The notes beneath the pieces are model-generated. The model did not search any database and was not told the origin of the DNA. It saw only the letters and a program-made list of their open reading frames with translations. This document shows positions 8,750 through 19,957 of a stretch of DNA of 64,000 nt, piece by piece. The DNA is from Ostreococcus lucimarinus. Taxonomy: Eukaryota. Numbering within the stretch: position 1 is the first letter of the stretch; each line of letters starts with the position of its first letter. Made by a program: the position numbers and the translations under genes. Location of the stretch: assembly GCA_000092065.1 (NCBI GenBank), contig CP000584.1; one strand, 5' to 3'.

Positions 8750-11700
8750 CTACTTGGTCGAGCCAGCTCGAGTGTCGGCTTTCTCGGCTTCCTCGGCGGC
8801 GCGCTTCTGTCGAAGTTGCTTCACGTACGGCGAGGTGGATTTTCGAAGAATGGCTTCCGCGGCGGAGTCGCGCACTTGTTTCCTGAGCGCCAAATCTTTG
8901 ATGACTGCCTTCTTTCTCTGGTCGTCGTCGGGTAAGTGCGCCACGGCGGCCAACATGTCTGCTTCGACTTGCTTTCGCGCCTTGATTTGTTTCCAGCGAC
9001 GCAAGAAAATGGAACCGGCAGACTTCTCGGCGGCGAGTGGCCACAACACGCTCGGCGCGTACGTTTGCCAGATTCCCTTCTTCACTTTGTACTCGATCTC
9101 AGCTTTTCCTTGCTCTCGAGTGTTTTCGAGAATATTCTTTTGCCGGCGTGTGCTCTTTTTCATTTCTTCCACCGGCACGATGCCGCGCATAACCTTCCTC
9201 TTCCTTGAATCACCGATTCGCGTCGTGCTCACGAAGATTTCTTGCCGAGCGTCTTCCTCGAGCGCTGGAACATCCGATCTCGAAGCCGATCTCGAAGCGA
9301 AGTATTCGTCGTCCGAGTCTTCTTCATGCTTGCCGCTTCTGCGCTTCAACGCTGCGCCAGCCGCGTGTACCGGCACCCTGAACGCATCGTTGAGGATGGT
9401 ATTCACGCGCGACCATTCGAGAAGGGTGAATAAAACGAGAGGTATGATGAAGACACGATACTTCATCGTGTTGAAGCCGAGCGTCGGAAGACCGAAAGCG
9501 ACCATGATTTGGCTGAACACGAGGCTGAAATACATCTTTCCGACGAGCCACGCCCACATGGACGTCCCCGCGGAGTACTGTTGGATGTAGTGATAGACCA
9601 TGTTGTGCTTCCAGAAAATGTAGAAAAAACCGAAGAAGACGCCGCACACCGGAAGTAAAACTGGTGCGACGACGGTGTAAATTATGCCGATGAAGAACAC
9701 CAACATCGTTTGCGCGGGAACCCGATGGCTCGGCGTGGGCGTCGGTTGAGCCCAGATGAGTCTCTTTGCGAAAGCCGGCCACGTGCGCGCTCGACTGCGG
9801 TATAGCAAGCACTTTGTGACGAAGCCGAGGAGTACCGGAGGATGGATCAACTCGAGAACCGGTGAAGTCGCGGTACGAAGCATGACGAACTGGAGGAAGA
9901 AAGTACTGGTATTCATCAACCTCAAGATGAACTGGTACGTGAACAAGTGCGGCTTTTGCATCCACACGAGGACGTCCTTCCACAGGGGCGTCGTGTTCAG
10001 GTTGGAAAAGACCAAGTTGAGAATGAGAAGCCAAAAGTACATAGACGCACCGAATGAGTCCATAGCGCTGACCGAGACGTAGCCAGTTTGCCGACTCACG
10101 ACCAAGCTTAAAATGTGACCGACGACGAGGAACACCGTCAACACAATTGACAGGATGATGTTGTAAATAGACTCGCCAAACACGCTCACGAGAGAGTCCT
10201 TGACGTCGGCGACAGCCGCGACAGCGATATTGACAGGGTACATGAAGAATAGAGAAATGGCCACGGCGATAAAAAAAGCCTGAGTCGTCTTTTTTGCGCG
10301 TTCGACGGATGTCAAGGAGAGATTGTGCCACACGACATCAGAGTTGCCTGGCGCCGGTTCGGTGACCCACTGCCCGGGAACGTCGTCAATTTGAATTTGA
10401 GAGGCTATGACGGCGTCCATTTGTCTCGCAAATACCACGACCGCACTACACGCGGGTCGGTGGTTGTTGATGTATTCATCGCGAGTGGAGATGAAAACAT
10501 CGAAGCGTTGCGCCTCGGCTCTCTTCAACGAATCCATATCTTTCAACGCTTTCGCAAGTTGAGTCGATTCCCCCCAGCTGAGTCCTCCAGTCTTTTCGGT
10601 CTCTTGTAAGTCGGCGATCGCTTGCATGTTCTGTGTGACGTGCTCGCGGGCATTCGCCCAGGCTTTCGCGGCGCTATCAAGCTTTCGAGTATCCGAGGCG
10701 AGCATTTTGAAAGCGATGCAGTCTTTGCCGAGGACGCTCTCAAACTTGCTGATGACAAGGTTCATCGACTCCTCCTTGTATAAAAGCCGAAGCTTGGCGG
10801 AATCACCGGAAGATTGCACGGTGCCATCGTTGAGTAAAAGCTTAAATCTCCCCAGGCAGCCGACTTCTTCGTCGTCGAAGATTTTGTCGAGTTTCTTCAC
10901 AGAACCTCGCACACTCTTTTTGACTTTAAGAATATCTTTGACGCTGCCGGTGTTAAGCTGTTCAAACTTTTTCGGTGCCGGAGCCGTGGTTAACAAGGGC
11001 ATATCCTTGACGAGGATTGCGTTCGCTTTAATACCAGTCTTATCGGGATCCACCGTCCACATCATGTGGACGTACTTACGCGACTCGACGCGAATCAAAG
11101 AAATCAGGAAGAGACTTGTGATCCAGGTGAAAGCCATGGCGGCCGCGAAAGAAGATTCGGTTCGAGCATTGAGCAGTGTGTATTTCGCGATACCGCTCTT
11201 TTCGAGAGTTGTAAGTATCTTCGAGCCCGCATCTGCGCTTGGTACGGTATCGGCGGCGTACAAACTCATGAGAATTGGACAACATACGGCGCCGGCGGTG
11301 AAGAAGAAGCGACTGGATAACTTGAACCAGCGGACGAGCATGTACTCGTCTGGGGTGGTGAACTCTTTCATCCAATTATTATCGCGGTGATAAGCGTCAT
11401 AAAGCCACGACCATGCATTGTCGTCTCTCGGTTTGGGAATCTGAATTTCTCGCGGCGGGTACTTGGGGTTGCCCTTTTCAACCCACGCCGCCGAGTCGAT
11501 CGCCATCCGGAGCCATACGATTTTACGCAACATAACAAAGAGGATGAGAAGGAATGAAAACAGACCCGCGTAAGACCCTACCAGCGTCCCCACTTCGGAC
11601 ATTGCGATCTGCGTATCGCAGGAGTCGTCGTTGTCACAAATCTCCAGATAATAGCACGAAATACCCGCGCCCGTTTGCTTGATACCTTCGATAGAAAAGT

Positions 11701-12115
11701 CGCCAGCGTACACCACCGGATAGTATCCAGCACCAGTATCGCACGCGATGCAGTCCATCTGATCCGACGGCGGACACCCACCCATGACGCGATAACTCGA
11801 CGCGTTCACCTGCGCCACCTTACCCCACGGCGCCACGTTACCCGCGTTCAAGCTCACCATCGGCGGATTCGACGTGCTTTGCAGCGTGTGAATCGTTCGC
11901 AGGTCGTTATCCTTCTCATTAAACAACCAATGCGAGCGCACCGCGCAATCCCCGGCGCATCCCGGCGGGCACGGACACCGTTGGCCTTGCTCGTCCAACA
12001 GCGTCGCCGTGATCCACGCCGCCGAGTCCCACGGCGTTCGCGTTCGCGGCGGTTGCACCTTCGTGAGCTCGCTCGTCGGCGTCGCGCCGTAGTTTTCTTG
12101 CGTCGGCGTCGCCAT
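8750..12115 (-). CDS. OSCA/CSC1/TMEM63-family (DUF221) calcium-permeable stress-gated cation channel-like protein, 1121 aa, with an extra ~190-aa Cys-rich N-terminal ectodomain and a Lys-rich C-terminal tail
   Basis: ATG at 12115..12113. Multi-TM architecture. Cytosolic domain segment SAVVVFARQMDAVIASQ and the following 7-TM block resemble the OSCA/ERD4 PHM7_cyt + RSN1_7TM regions. The call is from pattern recognition only. Confidence 0.7.
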   Translation of the reverse strand: MATPTQENYGATPTSELTKVQPPRTRTPWDSAAWITATLLDEQGQRCPCPPGCAGDCAVRSHWLFNEKDNDLRTIHTLQSTSNPPMVSLNAGNVAPWGKVAQVNASSYRVMGGCPPSDQMDCIACDTGAGYYPVVYAGDFSIEGIKQTGAGISCYYLEICDNDDSCDTQIAMSEVGTLVGSYAGLFSFLLILFVMLRKIVWLRMAIDSAAWVEKGNPKYPPREIQIPKPRDDNAWSWLYDAYHRDNNWMKEFTTPDEYMLVRWFKLSSRFFFTAGAVCCPILMSLYAADTVPSADAGSKILTTLEKSGIAKYTLLNARTESSFAAAMAFTWITSLFLISLIRVESRKYVHMMWTVDPDKTGIKANAILVKDMPLLTTAPAPKKFEQLNTGSVKDILKVKKSVRGSVKKLDKIFDDEEVGCLGRFKLLLNDGTVQSSGDSAKLRLLYKEESMNLVISKFESVLGKDCIAFKMLASDTRKLDSAAKAWANAREHVTQNMQAIADLQETEKTGGLSWGESTQLAKALKDMDSLKRAEAQRFDVFISTRDEYINNHRPACSAVVVFARQMDAVIASQIQIDDVPGQWVTEPAPGNSDVVWHNLSLTSVERAKKTTQAFFIAVAISLFFMYPVNIAVAAVADVKDSLVSVFGESIYNIILSIVLTVFLVVGHILSLVVSRQTGYVSVSAMDSFGASMYFWLLILNLVFSNLNTTPLWKDVLVWMQKPHLFTYQFILRLMNTSTFFLQFVMLRTATSPVLELIHPPVLLGFVTKCLLYRSRARTWPAFAKRLIWAQPTPTPSHRVPAQTMLVFFIGIIYTVVAPVLLPVCGVFFGFFYIFWKHNMVYHYIQQYSAGTSMWAWLVGKMYFSLVFSQIMVAFGLPTLGFNTMKYRVFIIPLVLFTLLEWSRVNTILNDAFRVPVHAAGAALKRRSGKHEEDSDDEYFASRSASRSDVPALEEDARQEIFVSTTRIGDSRKRKVMRGIVPVEEMKKSTRRQKNILENTREQGKAEIEYKVKKGIWQTYAPSVLWPLAAEKSAGSIFLRRWKQIKARKQVEADMLAAVAHLPDDDQRKKAVIKDLALRKQVRDSAAEAILRKSTSPYVKQLRQKRAAEEAEKADTRAGSTK

Positions 12116-12525
12116 GGCGGCGCGCGACGCCTTTTATCGCGCGCGCGCGTCGTCGCACCACCCGCGACGGTTTCGATGCTCAACCACCCTCGCCGGCGTC
12201 GTTCGCGTCGCGCGCCGAACGCGCGCGCCGCGCGCGAGACCGCGACGGCGCGCTCGAAAACGCTCGCACTCTCGCGCGCGGGGCTCTCGGGGCGATCGCG
12301 CGGGAGGGCGCGAGGCAGTGCGGCGCGATCGGCGCGCGATGCGGTCGGTCGCGCATTCCGACGCGGCGAAGATTTTAACATTTTCGCACAGGGGTGAGGG
12401 TCGAGGGGGCGCGCGCGCGGGGCGGCGGGCGAGGGACGCGCGCGCGCGCGAACGAACGAACGAACGGACGAACGAATCGCGATGAATGTGGTGGTGTTAA
12501 ACTCTAAGCGTCGCGCGGGCGCGGA

Positions 12526-15500
12526 TCAGCCGCGACGCTTGCTCAATCGCCACGCGTTCGGATCGTTGTAGCGATCGTACAGGGGCTCGATTTTCTCGCT
12601 CTTTTTGCGCTTGCTCAGATGGCGAGGGTCGCTGAGCTTGAAAAAGCGCGGAGCGAGCTCGACGAGCCATTTGGGGTCGATGGCGCAGACTTCACGCATG
12701 TACTCCTTGGTCGTGAGCACGAGCTCGTGGTAGATGACCCAGTCGGGCTGACGTTGGAAGAGCGCGCTCGAGGGGTGAATGTACGTCGGAGTCTGCTCGA
12801 CGATGGTTTTGTAACCCTCCTGCGGATCTTTCTTGGCGCCGTGGAAGAAGAAACCCGAGCAGATGGCTTTGCGAACTTTGTTGTAGTTGCGTCCAGCGCT
12901 CGTGGTGCCGAGCTTGTATCGATCCATGATGGTGAGAAGTTGTTTACGGACGTCTTGCGCGCGCTTCATCGAACGCGCCTGTAAAAAGTTCTCGTAACAC
13001 CAAGGTTCGCTGAAACCTTGAGCCTTCCACGCCTCATACACCGACAACAATGTCAAATGGTCGCCTTCGGCTTGGAAAAACTTGTTCTTCTTCGCGTCCG
13101 CCTGCGCTTGCTTTTCCTTCGGGCGGTGGAAGATATTTTGAGCGCTCAGCATGGCGACGATGGTCAAAATTTCCTCAGAACACCCGAGATCAACGCTCGC
13201 GATGAGCATCTTACTCATCGGCGGCTCCAATGGAAACTCTGCCATCTTGCGCCCGAGTCGAGTGAGCAAGCCTTCCTCATCTAACGCGCCTAAATTGTAC
13301 AGTTGCTCCAAAGCCGTGACGAGCGTCGCCGGTGGAGGCGGGTCCATGAAATCAAAATTAATCAAGTCGTTGATCCCCATAGCTTTCATCGTCAGCACCG
13401 TCATGCTCAGGTTCGTCCTTTGAATTTCTGGCACCGATGTCGGGAGCATTTCGTTCTTGAACGCACTTTCCGTGTACAATCTATAACACTTGCCGGGACC
13501 TGTACGACCGGCGCGACCGGCTCGCTGTCGAGCTGAAGCCTGTGAAATCGGAGCCACGATGAGAGAGTCCATGGAAATCTTAGGATTGTACACTTTTTGT
13601 TTTGAAAACCCGGGATCGACGACGTAGAAGATGCCGTCAATAGTGAGCGAGGCTTCGGCAATGTTTGTCGCGATGACGCACTTGCGACTGCCGGGCGGCG
13701 CCGGCTCAAAAATGCGCGTCTGCTGTTCGCTAGGAAGAGCAGAGTACACCGGCAAGACGTGTAACTCTGGAACCGCTGGACCTAATGCGCGCATACGATC
13801 GAATAGAATCTCCGCAGCCGCATCAATCTCTTCTTGACCCGTGAGGAACAGTAAGATGTCGCCCTCGGGCTCTGTGAGGTGGATTTGCATCACCGTGATC
13901 AAAGCGGCATCAAGATAGTCGCTCTCGGGAGCTTTAGTATACAATACTTCGACAGGAAACGTTCGACCAGGAATGGTGAAAATGGGGCAATCGAAAAAGT
14001 ACGTCGAAAACTTTTCGGCGTCCAAAGTAGCTGACGTCACGATGATTTTCAAGTCTTTTCGCTTTGCGCAGCACTTCTTCAGCAATCCGAACAATACGTC
14101 CGTGTGGATCGTTCTTTCGTGTGCCTCATCGAGCATGATGACGCAATACTGCGATAACAAGTCATCCAACAAAGCCTCGCGAAGTAGCATACCATCGGTC
14201 ATGTACTTGATAACTGTGTCCTGTGACGTGCAGTCTTCGAAACGAATCGCGTAACCAACCTCTTCACCGAGTCGACAGCCGTACTCCTCGGCGACACGCT
14301 TGGCTACGGACATTGCGGCCACACGCCTTGGTTGCGTGCATCCTATTCTACCCCGTGACGTATACCCAGCCTCGGCCAAGTATTGGGTCATCTGCGTCGT
14401 TTTCCCCGAACCCGTCTCGCCAATCACCACTAAAATCTGATTTTCATTCACCGCTTGAATCAATTGATCGCGCAGTTTATAAATCGGTAGCGTCTGCCGT
14501 AATTGATGAATGGGCATCGTCTGTGGCTGGCCCATCCTTTGACCTTGGCCCATGGACTTGGCCTTCCAAGCGGGCATATCGCGGCCTCCGCGACTGCCGC
14601 CGTACTGTCGAGCCTCCTCTGTCAACGACGCATCGCCCTGTCTTCTCATCGGATCCTCCCACGGACGCGCCGCTACTTGACCCTCGGCCTCAGTATTTGC
14701 TCGCTGCTGCTGATCGCGAAGCTCGCGTCGCTCTTTCGCCAGCGTGGCTTGCGTCATGGCGGCGCGTTGCATGGAACCATCTGGGTTTTTGACAATTTTA
14801 ATCGGCGAAACGTCACCCGTGCTCGCCGCAGTTTGTCCCTGCAAGAACGGCGCCTCGTCTTCGTTGATCTCGATTTCAACTTCCTCTTCAGCTTCTTCTT
14901 CGTAGGATAGCATGCCGTCGTTTTCCGGATCGAATTGCGGATAGTCTTGCACCTTCAACACCCCGCTCGCGATGAGCTGCCGAGCTTCCCACAGCTCCGG
15001 CGAACTCAGCCTCTTTGCAGGTCGTTTGCGCGAGGCTGTGTTTGCTTCATCCAAAGTGCTGGCATCGATGCCAGAAAGGCCTTTAAGTGACGCCATTCCC
15101 CCTGCTGCTGACGGCCCGGGTGGCGGTAAATTCCTCGGCGCTGGATTACTTCTGTTACCGCCAAACGTGGCGCGCGCAGTCTCCTTCCCCGAGATTTGGT
15201 CCACATCCTTCATCGACAGCGATATCTTGTTTCCGTTACGATTCAAAACTTTGACAAACACGCTCTCACCTCGCCTCGCGCCGTCCTTTGCGCTTTTCAG
15301 GTGTCGATCGGTAATGGCGCTCACGTGCACCAAGCCCTCCGCCTTGCGCTTGAACTCCACCAACTCCACAAAGGCTCCGAAATCCATCACATTTGTCACC
15401 CTTCCGCGGTACACCCCACCCACACTTGGCTCACCATCTCGCGTCTTCTCATCGCTCTTCGTCTGCGCGCTCGCAAGCGAGTGCGAAACCTCCCTCTCGT

Positions 15501-15933
15501 TCGCCCGTTCGCTCTTGCTCGGGTCGTCCGCCGCGTTTGCGAGCGCGTCCCGGTCCCCGTATAATTCCCTCGTCAACGCCTTCGCGTGCGAATCATCGTC
15601 CCGCACCGCAAGTCCAGGAAAGTTTGCGTCGCCGCTCGACCTTCCAGACGTCCCCGCGCTTCCCGCAGTCGCCGCATTTGTCCCGCGCGCCGTCCCGCTC
15701 GGCTTCTTCCGCATCCGCTGAATCAGCCCAAGCAAAGATTCCGCGAACGCATCGTCCACTTCTGCGCCGACCGCGCCAAGCGCCTTCCGAAACGTCACCG
15801 GAGTGTCGTTTTCGTCCGTGAGCGCGATGACGAACTCGCTCAGCGTCTTATCGGCGATCCCGAGGTGATTTTCGAGCTCCTTCGTGACTTTGTTCACGAG
15901 CGAGAGCTGCGCGAGTTTGGCGAGCGCCGCCAT
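12526..15933 (-). CDS. PRP22: Pre-mRNA-splicing factor ATP-dependent RNA helicase PRP22/DHX8 (S1 domain + DEAH helicase + HA2 + OB fold)
   Basis: ATG at 15933 ([12 protein letters not shown]…; the track ORF extends further upstream to 16221 into the neighbouring gene). S1 motif [87 protein letters not shown]. Confidence 0.9.
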   Translation of the reverse strand: MAALAKLAQLSLVNKVTKELENHLGIADKTLSEFVIALTDENDTPVTFRKALGAVGAEVDDAFAESLLGLIQRMRKKPSGTARGTNAATAGSAGTSGRSSGDANFPGLAVRDDDSHAKALTRELYGDRDALANAADDPSKSERANEREVSHSLASAQTKSDEKTRDGEPSVGGVYRGRVTNVMDFGAFVELVEFKRKAEGLVHVSAITDRHLKSAKDGARRGESVFVKVLNRNGNKISLSMKDVDQISGKETARATFGGNRSNPAPRNLPPPGPSAAGGMASLKGLSGIDASTLDEANTASRKRPAKRLSSPELWEARQLIASGVLKVQDYPQFDPENDGMLSYEEEAEEEVEIEINEDEAPFLQGQTAASTGDVSPIKIVKNPDGSMQRAAMTQATLAKERRELRDQQQRANTEAEGQVAARPWEDPMRRQGDASLTEEARQYGGSRGGRDMPAWKAKSMGQGQRMGQPQTMPIHQLRQTLPIYKLRDQLIQAVNENQILVVIGETGSGKTTQMTQYLAEAGYTSRGRIGCTQPRRVAAMSVAKRVAEEYGCRLGEEVGYAIRFEDCTSQDTVIKYMTDGMLLREALLDDLLSQYCVIMLDEAHERTIHTDVLFGLLKKCCAKRKDLKIIVTSATLDAEKFSTYFFDCPIFTIPGRTFPVEVLYTKAPESDYLDAALITVMQIHLTEPEGDILLFLTGQEEIDAAAEILFDRMRALGPAVPELHVLPVYSALPSEQQTRIFEPAPPGSRKCVIATNIAEASLTIDGIFYVVDPGFSKQKVYNPKISMDSLIVAPISQASARQRAGRAGRTGPGKCYRLYTESAFKNEMLPTSVPEIQRTNLSMTVLTMKAMGINDLINFDFMDPPPPATLVTALEQLYNLGALDEEGLLTRLGRKMAEFPLEPPMSKMLIASVDLGCSEEILTIVAMLSAQNIFHRPKEKQAQADAKKNKFFQAEGDHLTLLSVYEAWKAQGFSEPWCYENFLQARSMKRAQDVRKQLLTIMDRYKLGTTSAGRNYNKVRKAICSGFFFHGAKKDPQEGYKTIVEQTPTYIHPSSALFQRQPDWVIYHELVLTTKEYMREVCAIDPKWLVELAPRFFKLSDPRHLSKRKKSEKIEPLYDRYNDPNAWRLSKRRG

Positions 15934-16118
15934 CGGGACGCCGAGCGGGCGCGCCGTGACGCGCGGTGATGAGTTTCGCGATCGCACGGCCGCACGCGCG
16001 AGATGCGGGTGGACTGGACGCGAGTCACGATGTGAGGATCGAGCAATGCCAGGGACGACGGCTGGACGACGGCTGGCGACGAGCGCAGTGGTGCGCAAGG
16101 CGTTACAAATACAATGGG

Positions 16119-18869
16119 TTATAAGTCGATCAAGTTGCCGGTGGCGGGTCCAGATGCGTCCGATGGCGGTTGCGAGGACGTCGACGGCGCTGACGGAAAC
16201 GCAGGGGCGAAGAGAGTCCAATTCGGGGTGAAAATTGACGTCTCAGCGGCTTGAACTTCGTGCGCGCGGTACGAGTCGATGAAAGAGGGATGGCATCCCG
16301 CGAGCGCACCGACGAAGGCAACGCGACGGCGTGATGGCTCATCGGCGCTGTCATCAGATTCTGCGAAAAAGCACCGGGCGAAGGTCGCGCACACGGCGGC
16401 GGTGTCGGTGGGCAAACTTGTTTGCGCACGCTCGTCGTCGATGCGCTTGATGAGCGTCGCCGCGTGTGCGAGCGCCGCTCTCGTCTTCCCCGAGACGTGC
16501 TTGTTAAGGACGCTGTTGATGAAATCTCTGGTTGGGAAAGAATCCAGAGGCATGGAGTCCACGACGCTCGTAATTTCTGGCTTTTCCAGCACGCGCTGCG
16601 GGAGCGCGGAGAAGAGCGAGATGAGTGCTTCACCGACGTCGTACGCGTTGCCGCCGATGGCGCTCAGTTTCACCGAATTCGCTCGATTAGTGTGGAATGC
16701 ATTGGCAATCTTCGCAAGTACCCCTCGTGTACGAACATTCTCAAAGGGTACGCGGAAAAGTCCCGGCGCCGCACTCACTTTCTCGTGTAGAAAGTCTACG
16801 AGACTTGTCACGACTTGCGGAACGTTTGGCGGAATCGCCGACGTTGGAAGATCTTCGAAAGGCGTGCCAAACGTGCATGGTTGGTACGTCCCTTGGACAG
16901 AAACGAAAAAATCCCTCCCACCCTCGAGCCTGACGACCAAAATCGCGTCGACATGCTTTGGTTTGGCATCCACGTGTATGAGCGAGTCGTCGCCGTATCT
17001 CGTCAGCGAATCGTGACTAAACGCGCTCGGACCCGACCTTCGTCCACCCCGAACGCATGCGGTGACGTTCAGAATGACTTCCTCACCTGGTAACAAGCTA
17101 CCACTCATCGGGTAGACGGACATCCAACCGGGAGTCGCCGGACCACCCGGTATCGGAGAAACGAGACTGAAGTTGGCCGGGACGTCGCCGACGTTTGAAA
17201 GCCTAAACTTACCGGCCACTTCCTCGGAGTAGCGCAAACGGCCCAAATCGACGCTTGCGTTCTCTATTGCGCATACCGGCATAGACGCCATCTCGACGTG
17301 ATCAAGCTTTCGACGCAAATCGAACAAAAGGCTGTGCAGTTTTTTTGGTTCAAGCTCTCGAACCACTAGCGAAAATACGGCGTACACTGGCTTGTGATCT
17401 GAGTGCGTCAGCTCGGCACGGCCATACTCCAACAGGTTGATATCAAAATCACCGTTCCACAGCACTCGATCGCACCAGGCTGGAGTGCGTTTCTTCTCCT
17501 CCTCTTTTCTCTGAGAGCCGCCAACTTCGTCCAGATCCGCATCGCCCGCTCCGCTATAAATGTTTGTGCCCGGTCTATACTTGTACGTCGGCGCGAAAGT
17601 GACTTCGCTTTCGTGCCATCCTCTAAATGCACGCCCGGCACTGCGTTCGATGTTCAGTTGATCAGACGCCAGTAGGCTCGAATAGTTTCCCGCGGCGATT
17701 GACTTGCGCACGACGTCGTCGGACAACGTCAATCGATAGTTCAAGTCCCCCATCCAGATCGAGCTCGCAGCATCCGCGACGGAATACTCCGACGCATCCG
17801 CGCCTTCGGGCGGCAAAAATCTCAGCTGGTCCATAATTGTGCTATAATCTTCGTTCCGCTTGATTTCATCGCCCGGTTTCGAGCCCGCGCTCAAGTGCGA
17901 GCACACGAAAACCAAAGGCGTGCTGTAAAGTTTCATCCAAACAGCGCACGCACCCTTGTTTCCTAGTATACCGACGCCAATATTAAACCCAGTCGCCACC
18001 GTTCCAACGCGTACGTCTTGGATATGCGGCAGCAGCGATGCCTTCACCCACACGGTTATGTACACGCCGACGAGTTGCTTCTGCGCCACAGGTCTATACT
18101 TCGCGGCGCCCTGTTTCGACTTTGGCGGCCTCCAACTCGAACCCTCACGAATCGCAAAGTCACTTATATCTTCCTCCTCGTCACCACCGTCGAAGGATAC
18201 CCATTTCACCGTCTCGGGCGTTGCTTGCCCCGACGTCGTCGCGAACGACGCCTCCGTCGCGTCGTCGGCGTCAAACTCCGCGGTGTAATCACTCAGCACC
18301 CCGCGTCGCTTCGTCGCCGGCTGATTCGCCGCCGAGCCATTCAACGCCTTATCCAGCACGCGTTCCCACGCCTCCGTCATCGCGCTGTCCTCTCCCACGA
18401 GCACCTTGCCAACGTTGAGCGGGACGATTTCCTGAAAACCAACCGCCACGACGTCCGCCGCGTCGTCGTCGTCCCACGTCCCTCCCTCGCCCTCGTCCAA
18501 CCTCCCGCGATTGCGCACCCACTCCTTGACGTCCGCGTCCGCCCTCGGCGCTTTCCCATTCGTGTTCCACGTCCCCGCGAACACCCGCAGCGGTCGTCGC
18601 TCCGTGTACGCGTCGATGGATTCATTCAAAAACTCTCTCCGCACCGCCGTCGACGCGATCCGCCGTCCCCACTCGCGCGCCAGCGGATGCGCGCGTTCCG
18701 TCGTCGTCGCCGTCGTCGTCGCCGTCGCGCGCGCGTCGTCGCTCGCGCTCGGGCCGTCGAAATCGCGCACCCACGCGCTCGTCGCCTCGCGCGCGCGCTC
18801 GCCGTCTCGCGCGCCGCTCGCGCTTCGCTCGCGCTCGCTCGCCGTCGCGCTCGCGAAGAGCGCGCGCAT
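16119..18869 (-). CDS. Type II inositol polyphosphate 5-phosphatase, OCRL/INPP5B-like (IPPc catalytic domain + ASH-like + C-terminal RhoGAP-like domain)
   Basis: ATG at 18869..18867. Catalytic motifs WMGDLNYRL and [10 protein letters not shown]-terminal [26 protein letters not shown] resembles RhoGAP. The stop at 16119 lies 185 nt upstream of the PRP22 ATG. Confidence 0.8.
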   Translation of the reverse strand: MRALFASATASERERSASGARDGERAREATSAWVRDFDGPSASDDARATATTTATTTERAHPLAREWGRRIASTAVRREFLNESIDAYTERRPLRVFAGTWNTNGKAPRADADVKEWVRNRGRLDEGEGGTWDDDDAADVVAVGFQEIVPLNVGKVLVGEDSAMTEAWERVLDKALNGSAANQPATKRRGVLSDYTAEFDADDATEASFATTSGQATPETVKWVSFDGGDEEEDISDFAIREGSSWRPPKSKQGAAKYRPVAQKQLVGVYITVWVKASLLPHIQDVRVGTVATGFNIGVGILGNKGACAVWMKLYSTPLVFVCSHLSAGSKPGDEIKRNEDYSTIMDQLRFLPPEGADASEYSVADAASSIWMGDLNYRLTLSDDVVRKSIAAGNYSSLLASDQLNIERSAGRAFRGWHESEVTFAPTYKYRPGTNIYSGAGDADLDEVGGSQRKEEEKKRTPAWCDRVLWNGDFDINLLEYGRAELTHSDHKPVYAVFSLVVRELEPKKLHSLLFDLRRKLDHVEMASMPVCAIENASVDLGRLRYSEEVAGKFRLSNVGDVPANFSLVSPIPGGPATPGWMSVYPMSGSLLPGEEVILNVTACVRGGRRSGPSAFSHDSLTRYGDDSLIHVDAKPKHVDAILVVRLEGGRDFFVSVQGTYQPCTFGTPFEDLPTSAIPPNVPQVVTSLVDFLHEKVSAAPGLFRVPFENVRTRGVLAKIANAFHTNRANSVKLSAIGGNAYDVGEALISLFSALPQRVLEKPEITSVVDSMPLDSFPTRDFINSVLNKHVSGKTRAALAHAATLIKRIDDERAQTSLPTDTAAVCATFARCFFAESDDSADEPSRRRVAFVGALAGCHPSFIDSYRAHEVQAAETSIFTPNWTLFAPAFPSAPSTSSQPPSDASGPATGNLIDL

Positions 18870-19022
18870 CTCGCGAGCGCCGCGCGCGTCGCGCCGCCGT
18901 CGCTCCGCGCGCCGCGCGACCGGTGCGCGCGGCGCAGTGCCGCGCGCGTCACTGCGCCGCGTCGAATCCGACGACGACGACGACGACGACGCGCGGCGAC
19001 GACGCGCGACGACGCGCGCGAC

Positions 19023-19031
19023 ATGTCCGCG
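19023..19031 (+). CDS. VTI1: Inferred 9-nt first coding micro-exon (ATG TCC GCG = MSA) of the Vti1-like SNARE gene
   Basis: ATG immediately followed by GTGCGC. Splicing to 19234 gives MSA|IFESYEREFCEF, matching the conserved Vti1 N-terminus (M-S-x-x-FE-YE-x-x-F). No in-frame ATG exists upstream of the main exon otherwise. Confidence 0.35.
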
Positions 19032-19233
19032 GTGCGCGCGCGACGCGACGCGACGCGCCTCGGACGCGCGCGACGGCGCGCGACGGCGCGAGAAGACGCG
19101 CGAGACGTTCGCGACGGCGCCGCCGACGACGCGACGACGACGCGCCGACGACGCGACGCGACGGGACGCGACGCGACGGGACGGGAGAGAGAGACTGACG
19201 ACGACGACCGCGACGCGACGGACGCGGACGCAG
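19032..19233 (+). other. Inferred spliceosomal intron (202 nt, GTGCGC…CAG) in the Vti1-like gene
   Basis: Donor G|GTGCGC. GAGACTGACGAC lies 35 nt upstream of the acceptor AG. Extremely GC-rich (GACGCGACG repeats). Confidence 0.35.
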
Positions 19234-19902
19234 ATATTCGAGAGCTACGAGCGGGAGTTTTGCGAGTTCTCGAGCTCGATCCACCGAGGCGTCGACGGCG
19301 TGAAGACGGCGGCGGACGCGACGACGCGAGGACGACACGCGAAAGCGATCGAGGCGGATGTGGCGGAGTGCGAGGCGTTGGTGCGAAGGATGGATCTCGA
19401 GGCGCGGTCGGTGAGCGATCCGGCGGTGAAGACGCCGATGTTGAATAAGCTGAGGGACTATAAGAGCGAGTTGGCGAAGCTGAAGCGAGACGCGCGAGAG
19501 GCGAGCGCCAAAGCGGCGGAGACGGACGCGCGAGACGAGTTGTTGAACACGGCTGAGCGTGGAAACGCCGCGGGGGCGTCGGACGGGGGGATGTCCGGAC
19601 AGGCGATGGAGACGACCGAACGGTTGGCGCGCACGGGCGAGCGCATTAAAGATAGCCGCCGGTCGCTGCTGGAGACGGAGGACTTGGGCGTGAGCATTCT
19701 GCAAGACTTACAGGGACAGCGGGAAACCATCGAGCGAAGCCGCGAAGCGCTGCACGGCGCGGATGACACGATCGGGCGGTCGAGAAAGATCCTCAGCAAC
19801 ATGAGTCGTCGCGCGCAGGCAAACAAGTTTGCGTTTTACGGCGTGAGCGCGTTACTCTTCATCGCCATCTTGACCGTCATCGTGCATCGATGGAGTCGTT
19901 GA
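19234..19902 (+). CDS. VTI1: Vti1-type Qb-SNARE (vesicle transport v-SNARE), main exon with C-terminal TM anchor
   Basis: IFESYEREFCEFSSSIHRGV… N-terminal helical bundle, SNARE motif (…ETEDLGVSILQDLQGQRETIERSREALHGADDTIGRSRKIL…) and tail anchor FYGVSALLFIAILTVIVHRW. Confidence 0.65.
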   Translation: MFESYEREFCEFSSSIHRGVDGVKTAADATTRGRHAKAIEADVAECEALVRRMDLEARSVSDPAVKTPMLNKLRDYKSELAKLKRDAREASAKAAETDARDELLNTAERGNAAGASDGGMSGQAMETTERLARTGERIKDSRRSLLETEDLGVSILQDLQGQRETIERSREALHGADDTIGRSRKILSNMSRRAQANKFAFYGVSALLFIAILTVIVHRWSR

Positions 19903-19957
19903 TCGTTTACGCGCTGTCATCATACATGTACAACCAAATTACAGCTGAACTACAACC

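Noticed and set aside
8008-8886. ORFs 8008..8697 (-), 8174..8683 (+), 8209..8886 (+) in the GC-only tract
   Set aside because: Three mutually overlapping ORFs on both strands with identical R/G/A composition: a compositional artefact of (CGC/GCG/GAC)n DNA.
9324-10331. 335-aa minus-strand ORF inside the OSCA-like gene
   Set aside because: Out of frame with, and fully contained in, the well-supported 1121-aa channel ORF. Its composition is R/H/P/V-rich and non-protein-like.
12452-12476. (ACGA)n microsatellite acgaacgaacgaacggacgaacgaa in the OSCA/PRP22 intergenic region
   Set aside because: Short simple repeat of no evident function, noted only as a landmark.
18018-19448. 476-aa plus-strand ORF 18018..19448 (and 18511..19902 upstream portion)
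   Set aside because: Its 5' 1 kb is antisense to the inositol 5-phosphatase gene and pure R/A/P low complexity. Only the short ATG exon at 19023-19031 (frame of 18018) and the Vti1 main exon (frame of 18511) are retained, joined by an inferred intron.
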